Shown here in pieces: positions 1 to 11,281 of a stretch of DNA of 64,000 bases. The position numbers were made by a program, and so were the translations under genes. Location of the stretch: positions 806,001 through 870,000 of the forward strand of contig MU006099.1 of NCBI GenBank assembly GCA_010093705.1, read 5' to 3'. Each line of letters starts with the position of its first letter. Position 1 is the stretch's first letter. The notes under the pieces are model-generated. The model had not been told where the DNA came from, searched no databases, and saw only the letters and a list, made by a program, of their open reading frames with translations. The DNA is from Patellaria atrata CBS 101060 (Eukaryota).

Positions 1-2207
1 TCCAGAGTCCGCGATCCCCTATCCCTTGCCAATTTCCGCGTCCTGCTGCCACTCATTTCTCCATACGGAGAACTTCTTTCAAGATGCTCCTTGGGGTAAC
101 ATACCTTCGGATCGTTTAGGTGTCCTAGTACCGAATAGTATCCGTCTTCGCTACGGTCTCTTAGGGGGTTCATCGAAACCTTCTAAGCTTGCCGCCCTTG
201 CTGCAGCTCGGAAGAAGAAAGAAGATGAGAAAAAGGCAGGCACTACCCCATCATCTTTTAATTCTGGTAACCTTGAAACTGGGAAAAGTATCTTGCTTCT
301 ACACAGGTTGGGAAACAAACAGTCCAGCCACAGTAGCCAGCCTTCAACACCTTTACCAGATGGCAGCATAACTGGAAAAGAGAATGTTGGAAAATACATA
401 ACACCTACCTTACCTAACCGACAGAAGGTAAAACCCACTCCAGCGATTGAGCGTCAAATACGAGACGTCAGCGATACCGTTGATCACTCAGAGGATACCC
501 CTGCGAGAAATATACCACGGTCAGATTTACGTGCCAATCCTTCAGCGTTTGCTCATAGCATGTTCGGGAAATCACTTTCTCAGGCAGTGGGTTCAAATGA
601 TCAGGAGGACAGCGCTTTTATGCTACCGTATCTTAGTGATCCGGACTTTGCTAAATTAAATGCATTTGCAGGTCCAAGTCCGGATGACGTTGTACTTAAC
701 GCACAGGCAAAAGGTTCGATTCGCGCTTAAGCAGCGATACGAACAGGACTAATCCTCAATAGGCGCAAAAGGAACCAAATCACAATCGAAACAATCTATC
801 GGAAAGGCCACAAAGAGTGCAACTGAAGGTTCTGATTCCTTAAGCGTTCAGGAGCCGCCAAAAGTCAAAAGCAAGAATTTAAATGTATTAGAGGAGTTCG
901 AGAAATCCAAGTTGAAGAGTTCGGCAAACTTCGTTGTCATCGGTATGGATATTTGTATTCGCAGTACTTGCACCATCTAACTGCCCGAATTAGGACATGT
1001 TGATCACGGAAAGAGTACGCTGATGGGAAGGCTTCTATATGATTTGAAGGTCGTCGACCAAAGATCTGTTGACAAGCTTCGAAAGGAAGCCGAAAATATT
1101 GGCAAGCCATCATTCGCGCTTGCTTGGGTAATGGACCAGACGGCCGAGGAACGCTCAAGAGGTGTTACCGTTGATGTTGCCACCAACACCTTTGAGACGG
1201 ATAGGGCACGATATACTATTCTAGATGCTCCGGGCCATCAAGACTTTATACCGAACATGATTGCTGGAGCTAGCCAAGCAGATTTTGCAGTGTTAGTTAT
1301 TGACTCAAGCACAAACAGTTTCGAATCTGGTCTGAGAGGTCAGACCAAGGAGCATGCCCTACTCGCACGCAGTATAGGCGTGCAACGAATCATCGTCGTC
1401 GTAAACAAAATGGATACTATATCATGGTTCGAATCCCGATTTCAAGAAATAGCTCAACAAATGTCTGCTTTCCTGTCGTCCGCCGGCTTCTCCCCTAAGA
1501 ATGTCTCATTCATCCCATGCGCCGGTCTAACCGGCGAGAACGTTGTTCTCCCCGCTCCATCTACCGCATCATGGTATACCGGCAACACTTTCCTCCAGGA
1601 GCTCGACACATGCGAGCACTCTACCTGCCCGCTGGAGCGACCCCTCCGCCTCACCGTCTCCGATATCTTCCGAGGTGGCATCACGAACCCGCTCTCCATC
1701 TCCGGTCGCATCGACGCAGGCTCTCTCCAGGTTGGCGATACAATCCTTTCTATGCCCGCCAATGAGAACGCAACGATCCGCGCCATTGAGATAGATAGTG
1801 AATCGGTTGACTGGGCTGTCGCCGGCCAGATTGCCACTCTCCATCTGGCGGACATCGACCCAGTGCATCTTAGAGTTGGGGATATTGTATGCACACCCTC
1901 TGCTCCTGTAACGAACATCAAGTCCTTCACGGCCAAGATTCTAGCTTTCGATCACGTGTTGCCGATGCATGTGGATGTATTTCGGGGACGGCTGAATGTG
2001 CCGGCTAGGGTTGCGAAGTTGCTTGCCGTGTTGGATAAAGCGACGGGCGAACCGGTCAAGAAGAAGCCGAGGGTTGTGCAACCGGGACTCGTTGCAAGGG
2101 TGGTAGTGGAGTTGGAGAGGGCTATGCCGTTGGAGGTCAGAGAGAGGGTTGTGCTCAGAACTGAGGGAGCAACGGTTGCAGCTGGACTCGTGGAGGGGTT
2201 GGTATAG
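1..2207 (+). CDS. HBS1: HBS1 translational GTPase (eEF1A/eRF3-like), 5' end outside window, with Ski7-like N-terminal exon
   Basis: Splicing introns 714-762 and 943-993 gives the P-loop VVIG/HVDHGKST, followed by ERSRGVT, DAPGHQDFIPNMIAGASQAD, NKMD and EF-Tu domains 2 and 3. The upstream exon carries SKLAALA, PSAFA and PSPDDVV. Confidence 0.93.
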
Positions 2208-2435
2208 GGAATAATGAGATTAAGGATACGATGAGACATTAAAACTTAGGTTAAAGGTACCATGGATGGATAGGACCATGATCATATATCTCAAAGTGGT
2301 CAGTTGTAAAGCTTATGGACTTGACTTCACATTTTGTGCTTATTTCATGGTCTTTCTACACATCCCTGAAACTTTTGAGTACTTTCTGTTTGAACACTGT
2401 GAGATCATTTATGACTATTGGTCAATATATTCCAT

Positions 2436-4305
2436 CTACACATTACCTAAAGTAACCGTACTTGCCTCCAGTACGCCATTCTCATCAATCAAGCCGTCCA
2501 CAATTTCCTTGCCGGCCGGCTTATCCACTCCCAAAATCATCAAAGCTTCGTTCCTATTCTTCCCCTCTCCCTCTCTCTCTAGCGGCGCAACGGACATGAA
2601 ATTGATATTCACATCCGCTTTTCCAAGCCTCTGTCCGACAAACCCGATCCTACCGCATGAGTCGTAGTTCCGGCAGATGAGCAGATTCCCGCTCGGGACA
2701 AAGTTCGTCGCAAATCGGTCCAGCCGCGAGATGTACGGCACGTTGCCGGCGACGTAGCCCTGGATGACTTGCTCGGTCTCGGCTTTGGGGTCGTTGCGGG
2801 GCCCGGACCGGGCGTGAGAGGCCGAGCGCGAGGTGCGTGCACGTAGCGTCACGAAGCTCGTGTACCCCTTTTCTTCGGGTGACTCGCGGGAGCGCTGCTC
2901 GTTGACGTAGAGGCCGCGCTCTTTGGCGACGAGCTCGGCGTTGACGATGTTGATGTTTATCTCGCCCGGAGAGGAGATGGGGGAGAGGAGCCCCTTGATT
3001 AGAGCGGCGAATAGGGGCTTGGTGGTGTTGAGCGTTGCGAGGGAGCCTTCGTATGTGATGTCGAAGGTGTTTCTGGTTTGTTGACCCGTCGATGCGGCAC
3101 GGGTCGTGTAATGTTGAGTATAGAGGGATCCCATCTTCTCGACGAGGGTGACGAAGGGTTGAAGCGTGCGGTATTCTTCAGGCAGGATAATGGGCGCGTT
3201 GACCGCACTGCGCGGAAGGCTACCGGAGAGAATGAGGATGACTTGCTCGCAAACATCGATGGACACGTTTTCTTGGGCTTCGACGGTCGAAGCTCCGAGA
3301 TGAGGTGTCGCCACGACCTTTGGGTGCGCTATTAGGCGCGAAGCGGAGGAGTCTGGTTGTGGTGGCTCGGAGGTAAAGACATCGAGGCCAGCGCCGGCGA
3401 TTTTGTTGGCCACGAGAGCTTCGAGAAGAGCGACTTCGTCAATCATACCTCCCCTGCTAACGTTGAGTATGCGGGCCGTCGGCTTCATCATTGCAAGCTC
3501 AGAAGCCCCAATCATACCCTTGGTGGATGCAATAAGGGGCGTATGTATAGTGAAAAAGTCTGCGTCTGGGAGAAGCTCGTTCAAGCTTGATTTCAAGGTC
3601 ACATTTGTAGCTGCCGCAAGCTGTGTATTGGCATAAGGGTCGTAAGCAATGACATTCATCCCCAAGCCATTAGCAATTCTTGCAACGGTAAGACCAACTG
3701 TCACTTTTTGTGAGCTTTGGATCATTGGGGTACGATAATCACGAGCTGAGTACGGTACGGACCTTTCCCAAGACCAACGATTGCCAGGGTCTTTCCTTTT
3801 GCTTCGACGCCAACCAATCGACTACGCTCCCACTTCCCGTCCTTGATACTTGCGCAAGCGTCTCCGATGTTACGGGCTACGGCCATCATCACTGAAAGGA
3901 ATATCAGCACCTAGCGCTTTCAGTACTGTACACGAGGCAGAGATTCGTACAAGCAATAGTATGCTCGGCGGCAGCATTGATGTTGCCAACGGGCGAGTTG
4001 ACCACAATAATGCCGTTCTTTGTGGCGGCCTCTACATCTACATTGTCAACGCCAACGCCAGCTCTTGCTACAACCTTGAGCTTCTTCGCTGCTTGGAGGA
4101 GTGCTGCTGTCACTTTGGTCTCGGAGCGTACAATGAGAGCCTCGTATTCAGGGATGATCTCAAGAAGCTGCTCAGGGGATAGGCCTTTCCGCTCGTGTAC
4201 CTCGAATGATTTCTGAAGAAGGGCCAGGCCATCGGGTGACACCTTTTCGGGAATCAATATCTTGGGTTTGGACTGATCTGGTCCGCTGGATGTAGGAATG
4301 GGCAT
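2436..4305 (-). CDS. serA: D-3-phosphoglycerate dehydrogenase, type 1 (with ASB and ACT C-terminal domains)
   Basis: Motifs LIVRSETKV, RAGVGVDNVD, AAAEH, the spliced GLGK/VG Rossmann motif, LNVSRGG and TPHLGAST. The C-terminus is ASB-like (VNAELVAKERG) and ACT-like (G.IG.VG..LGK..VNI). Two introns at about 3950-3894 and 3762-3698. Confidence 0.92.
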
Positions 4306-4331
4306 GATGTTTGATGTATACTACAGATTGA

Positions 4332-4410
4332 GTGAGAAGTGAGACGTGAGAAGTGAGACGTGAGAAGTGAGACGTGAAAAGTGAGAAGTAAGAAAGTGAG
4401 AAAGTGAAAG
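4332..4410. repeat. Heptamer tandem array GTGAGA(A/C), with a 14-mer higher-order unit GTGAGAAGTGAGAC x3
   Basis: Read directly: gtgagaa gtgagac gtgagaa gtgagac gtgagaa gtgagac gtgaaaa gtgagaa, then degenerate units. Confidence 0.9.
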
Positions 4411-5148
4411 GTGTAAGAAAAGAAGAAGATTTTTTGGGAAAGAAGAGAAAGTTTGTCCGCAATCGGCGAAGAAATATTTTACGGTTTTGATAGTCAGCTG
4501 CTCTCTCGTCATGTAGTACTTACACGTCGACAACTCCTTCCTCCCAACGCTCCAGACCTCCTTCCGTCTTGACATTCCACCTCAGGCTCCTTCCTATTTG
4601 TGGCAAACAGCTACCCCGCTCTCTCTCTTTATTACCTTAGTCCCCCCTAGACTCCCCACAGCTGTCATGCACCCCACGCGACCTTACTCCACACTTCAGC
4701 TTCCATTGTCATCAGCCTTAATAATACTTTCTTGTTCTTGCCTAAGGTAACTATCGTGCCAAAGGAAAGAGCCGGAAGTAGGCAAACAGACAGACAACCA
4801 ACAAAAGAAATAATGAGCTTCTTTTGATACTGTATACAATCCGTGGGCCCCTACAGTTTTGCGTTCAACCCTTAGCTCATACAAGTACAGTACGGATCTA
4901 GAATTACCATTTCGAGCAGTTATCATGGAATAGTGTGATGGTATAAAGTCATGAAGTGGACTGGTGGAGCAACTCTTGAATCTGACTTTGCCAGCTGTTG
5001 CTGATATATGACCTGATGGGGTGAGAGGAGGAATGCACGTCTGTCAAAACCGAGAGAATGTACAGTATGTGTATTGGTTATAGGGTGTACGAACACTAGC
5101 GACCTACAATGATTGACTATCTCAAGTAGTATTGACTGAAAAAGGCAT

Positions 5149-6272
5149 TTACCACTTAGTCCTCGTCTTGAGCTTCTCGTTCTGCACGATTTCAATCCAA
5201 TATCCATCAGGATCTATTGTTAAAGTCAGTTCCGGCCATCATAACCATCTATACATATACTGCAGGAAACCTACCCAGAATGAATGCGATATCTTTCATT
5301 CGCCCATCCGTGAGCCTCTTCTTCCAGTTTACATTCTTCTCCTCCCACCTTGAGCAAGCAGCATCCAGGTCATCAACAGATACGCAAATATGACCAAACC
5401 CTTGAGGTTCTGCATTCCCGTCGTGGTATTTGAAATCCGGATCAACTTCCGTTCCGTAGTTATAGGTAAGCTCTAATAGTCCTTCCTGGTCTGCTACGGC
5501 ACTGACACCGCTTGGAGACGATCCTGATGGAGGCGGTCCATAGCCCAAGAAGTAAAGATCGAACTTGGCACCTTCGTTTTTGGAGGTACGCTTCAGGGTC
5601 ATGCCCATCACATCCCTATAGAACTCTAACGACTTCTTGATGTCCTTGACACGAATCATTGTATGGTTCTATAAACGGTCAGCTAGCAATTTGGGACTGG
5701 TGTGCACACTGAACTACCATTCGATACGTTGTGAGATCACTCTCTTTTATACTCTCTGTAGACTCGGCAGGTTTCTGAGGGATGATCTCTACCCAATATC
5801 CATCAGGATCGAGGGCAAATGCAATGCTTCTCATTCGGCCATCCGTCAGCCTTTTCTGGAATTTGTAACCCGCGTCTTCAAGCCTCTGGCAAGCCGCTTG
5901 GATGTTATCTACAGAGATAGCTACATGGCCGAAACCTTTGTACGGGTCACTGTTGCCGTTTGTGATCTTGTAGGTGGGGTCGTCTTCAGTGCCGTAGTTG
6001 TGTGTCAACTCAATTAAGCCCTCTCGGTCCGTCCAATGGTTAGCATGTGAGGCAGCTTTAGGGCTGTCATACCCAAGGAAGTAGAGGTCGAATTTCGCTT
6101 CAGGAGACTCTATTCTGTTTACCAGCTTCATGCCGAGGAATTCGTAGAACTTGACCGACTCTTTTGGGTCTTTCACCCTCAACCTACAAAATCCCAATAA
6201 GCGACATCCCAAGGTCTGGAGACATCTGCCTTACATGGAATGATTCAGCTTGTATCTACCCGGATCCGTCAT
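5149..6272 (-). CDS. GLO1: Glyoxalase I (lactoylglutathione lyase), two-domain fungal type
   Basis: Starts MTDPGRYKLNHSM/LRVKDPK. Two repeats of ELT(H/Y)NYGTE, GFGH and DPDGYW(V/I)EI. Three introns; ends KTRTKW-stop at 5149. Confidence 0.95.
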
Positions 6273-6823
6273 CGTTGGGAGATATCTTCTTAATTCGGAG
6301 TAAAACTTTGGGCAAAAGAAGCTCGAGCCAGTAGAATTGATTCGTCTTAACGCGGTTGAGTTCAAACTGCGAGAAAGAAGCATAGACTGAAATATCAAGC
6401 TCTAAGGTAATTGCTTGACCATCCATGAGAGGACCATGACGTTGATAATCCACCGCTGTAGGTTCGGGGGATTATCGGATGACCGCCGGATGATCGGCCC
6501 AATTCTTGTAGTTCTAGCACATTACTTGACCCAGCGATATACGTATATAAAGAAAATGTGTATATATACAGTGAAAAAAACTTAGGATCAGATTCACCTA
6601 GTTACAGCTCGCAGCTGGTTTAGGATCCAGTTCTAAAGAAACTTGAACTAATAAATGAAACAGGTTTGAAATAGTAGTGCACCTACCAACCCTCATGAAG
6701 CTAGATTAGGTTATAATGGTATGGTAAAGGACGTAACGGAATATTTGTAACAGCTACCTTTCATTAGGTAAGGTAGGCCGGAGTGATGTAACCCCCGCCC
6801 AGGGCTTGCCCAGTAAATTATCT

Positions 6824-6873
6824 GGGGGGAGCCGTGGGGGAGGGGGGGGGGGAAGAGGGAGGGTAAGAGGGGT
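6824..6873 (+). other. G-tract cluster (potential G-quadruplex) in the GLO1/GH18 divergent promoter
   Basis: Runs of G6, G5, G11, G3, G3 and G5 within 50 nt. Confidence 0.55.
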
Positions 6874-7061
6874 ATTATCGTATGGGTCAAGTATTGTACT
6901 GTACCTTAATTGGGAGAATGAATTTATTCGGTTATATGAGATGGTACATCTTATCTTCCATTTTTCTGAAACAACAAATTCATAGAAATTCTTGGACGTG
7001 AAGCCGATGCGTGGAAAAATCTCGAGGCAAGGAAACTGTTTACTTACACTTTCCGAAGAAC

Positions 7062-8343
7062 ATGGCACCTACAGCATCGAACCCAAACCCACCTCTTCTT
7101 CCCGTTGATCAAGGGCCTCGTTTAATCCTATACCATCAGACACATCATGATAGGAATGGCAGCTCCATCTCGATTCTACCTCTTGTTCTTAATCCGACTG
7201 GAATAACGCATGTCATCATTGCTGCCATACACTTGAACGAAGGCCCTGGGAACATCACACTAAACGATGACGTCCCGGACGCGAGAAAATTCGATGCTTT
7301 GTGGGGAGAGGTTGCATGGTTGAAGGGTACGGGTGTCAAGGTGATGGGTATGCTGGGTGGAGCGGCGAAGGGAAGCTTTTGGAGGTTGAGCGGGAGTGAA
7401 GAAGAGGTTTGCACGCACTACTCGTACAGTTATCTGAAGCCATCTTTGTGTACTCTACTAACATACTGTATGTACCGACTTACAGTTTGAAGCATACTAC
7501 AGACCGCTGTACGCGCTTATTCACGCTCGCAACCTTGATGGTCTCGATCTCGATATTGAGGAGCCAGTCCCGCTGCACACATGCACCCGCCTTCTCACAC
7601 GATTACGCACCGATTTTGGGCCTTCCTTCATTCTAACTCTTGCTCCAGTTGCCACCGCTCTTCTTCGACTTCCAGCAAATTACGAGTTACCACCCGCATC
7701 AGATGAACTCCCGCCCGTGCTCGTTCCACCTGCCGACACATTCCCTATGTCTTTACCACAATTGAGCGGGTTTTCCTACTTCGCACTGGAAGCTTCAGAA
7801 GCGGGCAGGTTGGTCAGCTGGTACAACACACAATTCTACTGCGGCTGGGGTGAAGCGCGAACTACACAATGGTACGACGCTATCATCGCTACTGGCTGGA
7901 ACCCGAACCGCGTCGTGATGGGTTTGGTTACAAATCCTGGTAATGGAGCTGGATTCGTGGACACGCCGTTGATGTCTCAAGTCCTCCGATCTCTTCGCTC
8001 GAAATATCCTAACTTTGGTGGTATTATGGGCTGGGAACACTTTAATGCTCTGGATGAAGGGTTTGCGAACGAAATTGGAGCCGATGAAGACGATAAAGGC
8101 CCGTGGAGATGGGCAATGCGCCTTGGTCGGGTCCTTCGAACTGAGATCCCAAGTAATCCAGATATCACATTCATCGAGCAATTGGTGAGCGGATTACCTC
8201 AGCTACCGACGCCGCAGACAAGTTGGCCGCCGGAAGATATTCAGACCCTAATGGACTTGGGATTCGACCGCCCGCGCGTCATTGCGGCATTGAATGCTAC
8301 ATCGGGTGCAGTAGATATGGCTGCCAGTCTTTTGTTTGAGTGA
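7062..8343 (+). CDS. Cytosolic GH18 endo-beta-N-acetylglucosaminidase-like protein with C-terminal UBA domain
   Basis: Exons 7062-7406 and 7486-8343 join in frame. Motifs YHQTHH, THVIIAAIHLN, MGMLGGAAKGS, catalytic LDGLDLDIEE, WYNTQFYCGWG and FGGIMGWEHFN. C-terminal PEDIQTLMDLGFDRPRVIAALNATSGAVDMAASLLF matches the UBA pattern. No signal peptide is evident. Confidence 0.85.
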
Positions 8344-11281
8344 TATAACTTATCTCTTCTTCTTGCTAAGATTGGCAGTCCTCGGTTGCTGTACACTTGC
8401 TATACTGCGCTCAGTGGACACTCAAGCTAAGACCTGGAAAACTGTTGAGTGTTGTAATACGGTTTTGACATTGTACAGCTGGCAGTCCATTGCATTGTAC
8501 AGTCTTATCCAGTACATACAGTGACAGGACCGTTTCCAGATACAAGCATACAGCATTAGCCGCTTCGTATGCTCGTATCATATTCATGTATTATCTAAGC
8601 TAAGTGCTATCTTCCTTTATATTTGGTTTCCCATGGTAAAGAGTCCTTCTCTCGATACCCCTCTTTCTTTATTCCCAGATGTATTTTGCGGATCACCGGC
8701 CATACAAGTGCGCAACAACAAATTAGAAGACTATCTCCGTACTGATGCTCTCAAGAGGGAGTTCCCACCTCACTGTATGTAATTATTCACAGTGTACAAT
8801 CGTCTGTGAGCTATATAACTCCTTAACTGTACATATAATGAAGAGTCGACTATTGAGAAATTAGAGTCTTGCGGGTGAGTCGGTAGTAAGTATGTCTGAA
8901 TTTAATGGTTTGACATCATTCGGAACCACCCTTAGGGCTGTCTGACTTTGTCGTAGGCCTTTCGCTCCGACTACTCGGAGATCGTGACTTGGATCTCTCG
9001 CGTTTACTCATCGATGACTTCGTCATTTGGGTGATCCCACAATTCATACAAAGGCATCCCACACAGAAGCAATGCGCTTCGGTTTTGTAGACCGATGGTC
9101 AGTACAGGACGTCAGCCCTTCCTCTTACTGATCTCCTTGAAGAGCTTGATTCGATTCGAGGGCCGAAAGTCGACGCTATTGAACTCGGTGGCGGGGCTGA
9201 GTGCTGGTTCAGCTTGATCAATACAAAGATAATTTTTTGATACTCCACATCATAGTGTTTCTATTGCCGGACTGTATATGGTCATTGATCGACTCCAAAA
9301 CCCGATACCCGTTGTAGAAACCTGTGCGAGATCCTCGTGACTAGTAAGGGGATCGCCTGGGCATGGAATTTACTGCAAGATCTGAAAGATATCGAACAAA
9401 GATTGCGGGAATCCCGTAGTTCGAAGGTCCGGCGCGTTCCCGAACCCTATCTGGGGATGGCGTCTAGGTGTTGATAGTTGCATAGTTATCGGCACGGATC
9501 GCTTTGTTGACTTAACTTAGATTGGTAGACTCGTGATGGACCATACGATTATAAAGTCCGAGGATACGACCTGTCCGCCAGTCGAGGAACGAATTTCTAC
9601 CCTCTGATCCCTGCGTCTATAAGGATATCTTGCTAGCGACACTTCTCGATTTCAGGACATTGTTAATATCGCTCACATTCATTTAGTGTCTCACACTAGT
9701 ATTCACATGATTTTAAGGGGTGGTCTGTTGGCCGTACAGTATAAGCTTTGTGATGTGGCCTTGATTGAATAGCACTGACGGTTGAAGTAAGTCATTGATA
9801 CCGCTTTCTCAAGACGGTTCAGGACGACCGATTCGCAGGCTATCTGGTCAACACTCCGAGGAATGATATGAATTAGCCGTCTTTGCATTACACGTTGGGT
9901 CCTTATGACGATGATTCAATATCGAAAATGTTTGTTTCCCCCTCACGAGGAATCTCTAGGTACTATAGTTCTATATCCCCTCTTTAAGGAGACCATGACT
10001 CCACTATATAGGAAAACTGAGAACGTACGAGGTACTCGCAACCGTACGGACAACCTGACCAAATATACTTCTTTACTGTATGGTTGTCCCCCTGAGATCG
10101 TTTCGACTCTGCTGTACAGGGAAAAACGAAACATAACTAAGAACTACCGCTTGTCCGCATAACAAACTCCTTAGGCTATCACCCTGTCTACCTATAGTCT
10201 ACGCATGGCGTCCGTTAACTTGCCAAATATATATATTTACTATTACTTCAACATAAAACGACTTGGAAGTGGGTGTATAGTAGGTGCATGGAGGCCGCGG
10301 CATTCTAAAAGAGGTCTTCGACTGCGCTATATAGCAAACGTCCAAGCGTACGGAGACTCGTAGATTTCGAAACAACTTAATTGTATCCATAGCACCTATC
10401 TATGGTTACTTGCACTCTTCTCTCATCCAGTTTCGAATACTCTCTTCGTTACATCATTTCTGTGCTTGTACTTGTACTTCAACCTCTTTCGACCGAATTC
10501 CACAACAAGGGCATAGGCACCTTAAGAAATCCTTCTATTACCTAAGTATTATACTGCCAAGATTTAATCCATGTCCCGTGCTAAAGCTCTTGGATAGGTT
10601 ATCTAGACCATCAACCTTTCTATACTCTTCTCCAGTTTCCGAAATCTAGTGTGTTGCTCTCTTGGAAAGAACACGGACGAGAGACTAATAGTTGCAGTAA
10701 TAACTTATCGTGGACACCGTAACGCACCTGCAAACGGTCTAAATGGGCAATCCCCTAAGATTTTCAGCAAGGGTAGAGTATAGATATCGAATGCACACCG
10801 CCCAGGATAGGGGGCAACAGAATAAGTCACAAAAAGGAGACATTTCAATATGACATTCTGAATTATCTTCTCGCTGTACAGTGTCGCTAACTAGTCTGTC
10901 ACTCCGTCTCCTCAAGGTGCATATCCTAGCCCAGTATATAAGACTTGAAAATAGAGGACTCAAATATGGTATTGTACACAGAGCTCCATTGAAGGAAAAT
11001 CTCCCGGGAAAGATGAGAGATGTCGTGTTGGTCCCAGATCCAGAGTGGTAGGGACTTCATAGAACTCCAGAAATATAATTCCAAAATGGGAAGGCGGCCC
11101 GCTTTCATAAGGGATGCTCCTCATTCCAAAGACAGACAATTGATTAGGAGAATCCTCGCTATGCGCAGACCATTAAACAAAACCGCTGGATTCCAGCACA
11201 TTATGAACGCCAAAACACAACATGCCTAATCGTTAGAACCGTGACAGCAGCAGTAAACCGAGTTGGACATAACGTCTCGCA

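Noticed and set aside
1426..1438. GGTTCGAATCCCG, a tRNA T-loop/B-box look-alike
   Set aside because: It lies inside HBS1 coding sequence (WFESR) with no cloverleaf stems around it.
2266..2667. 133-aa plus-strand ORF
   Set aside because: It overlaps the PGDH 3' end antisense and the AT-rich terminator region, with no recognisable motif.
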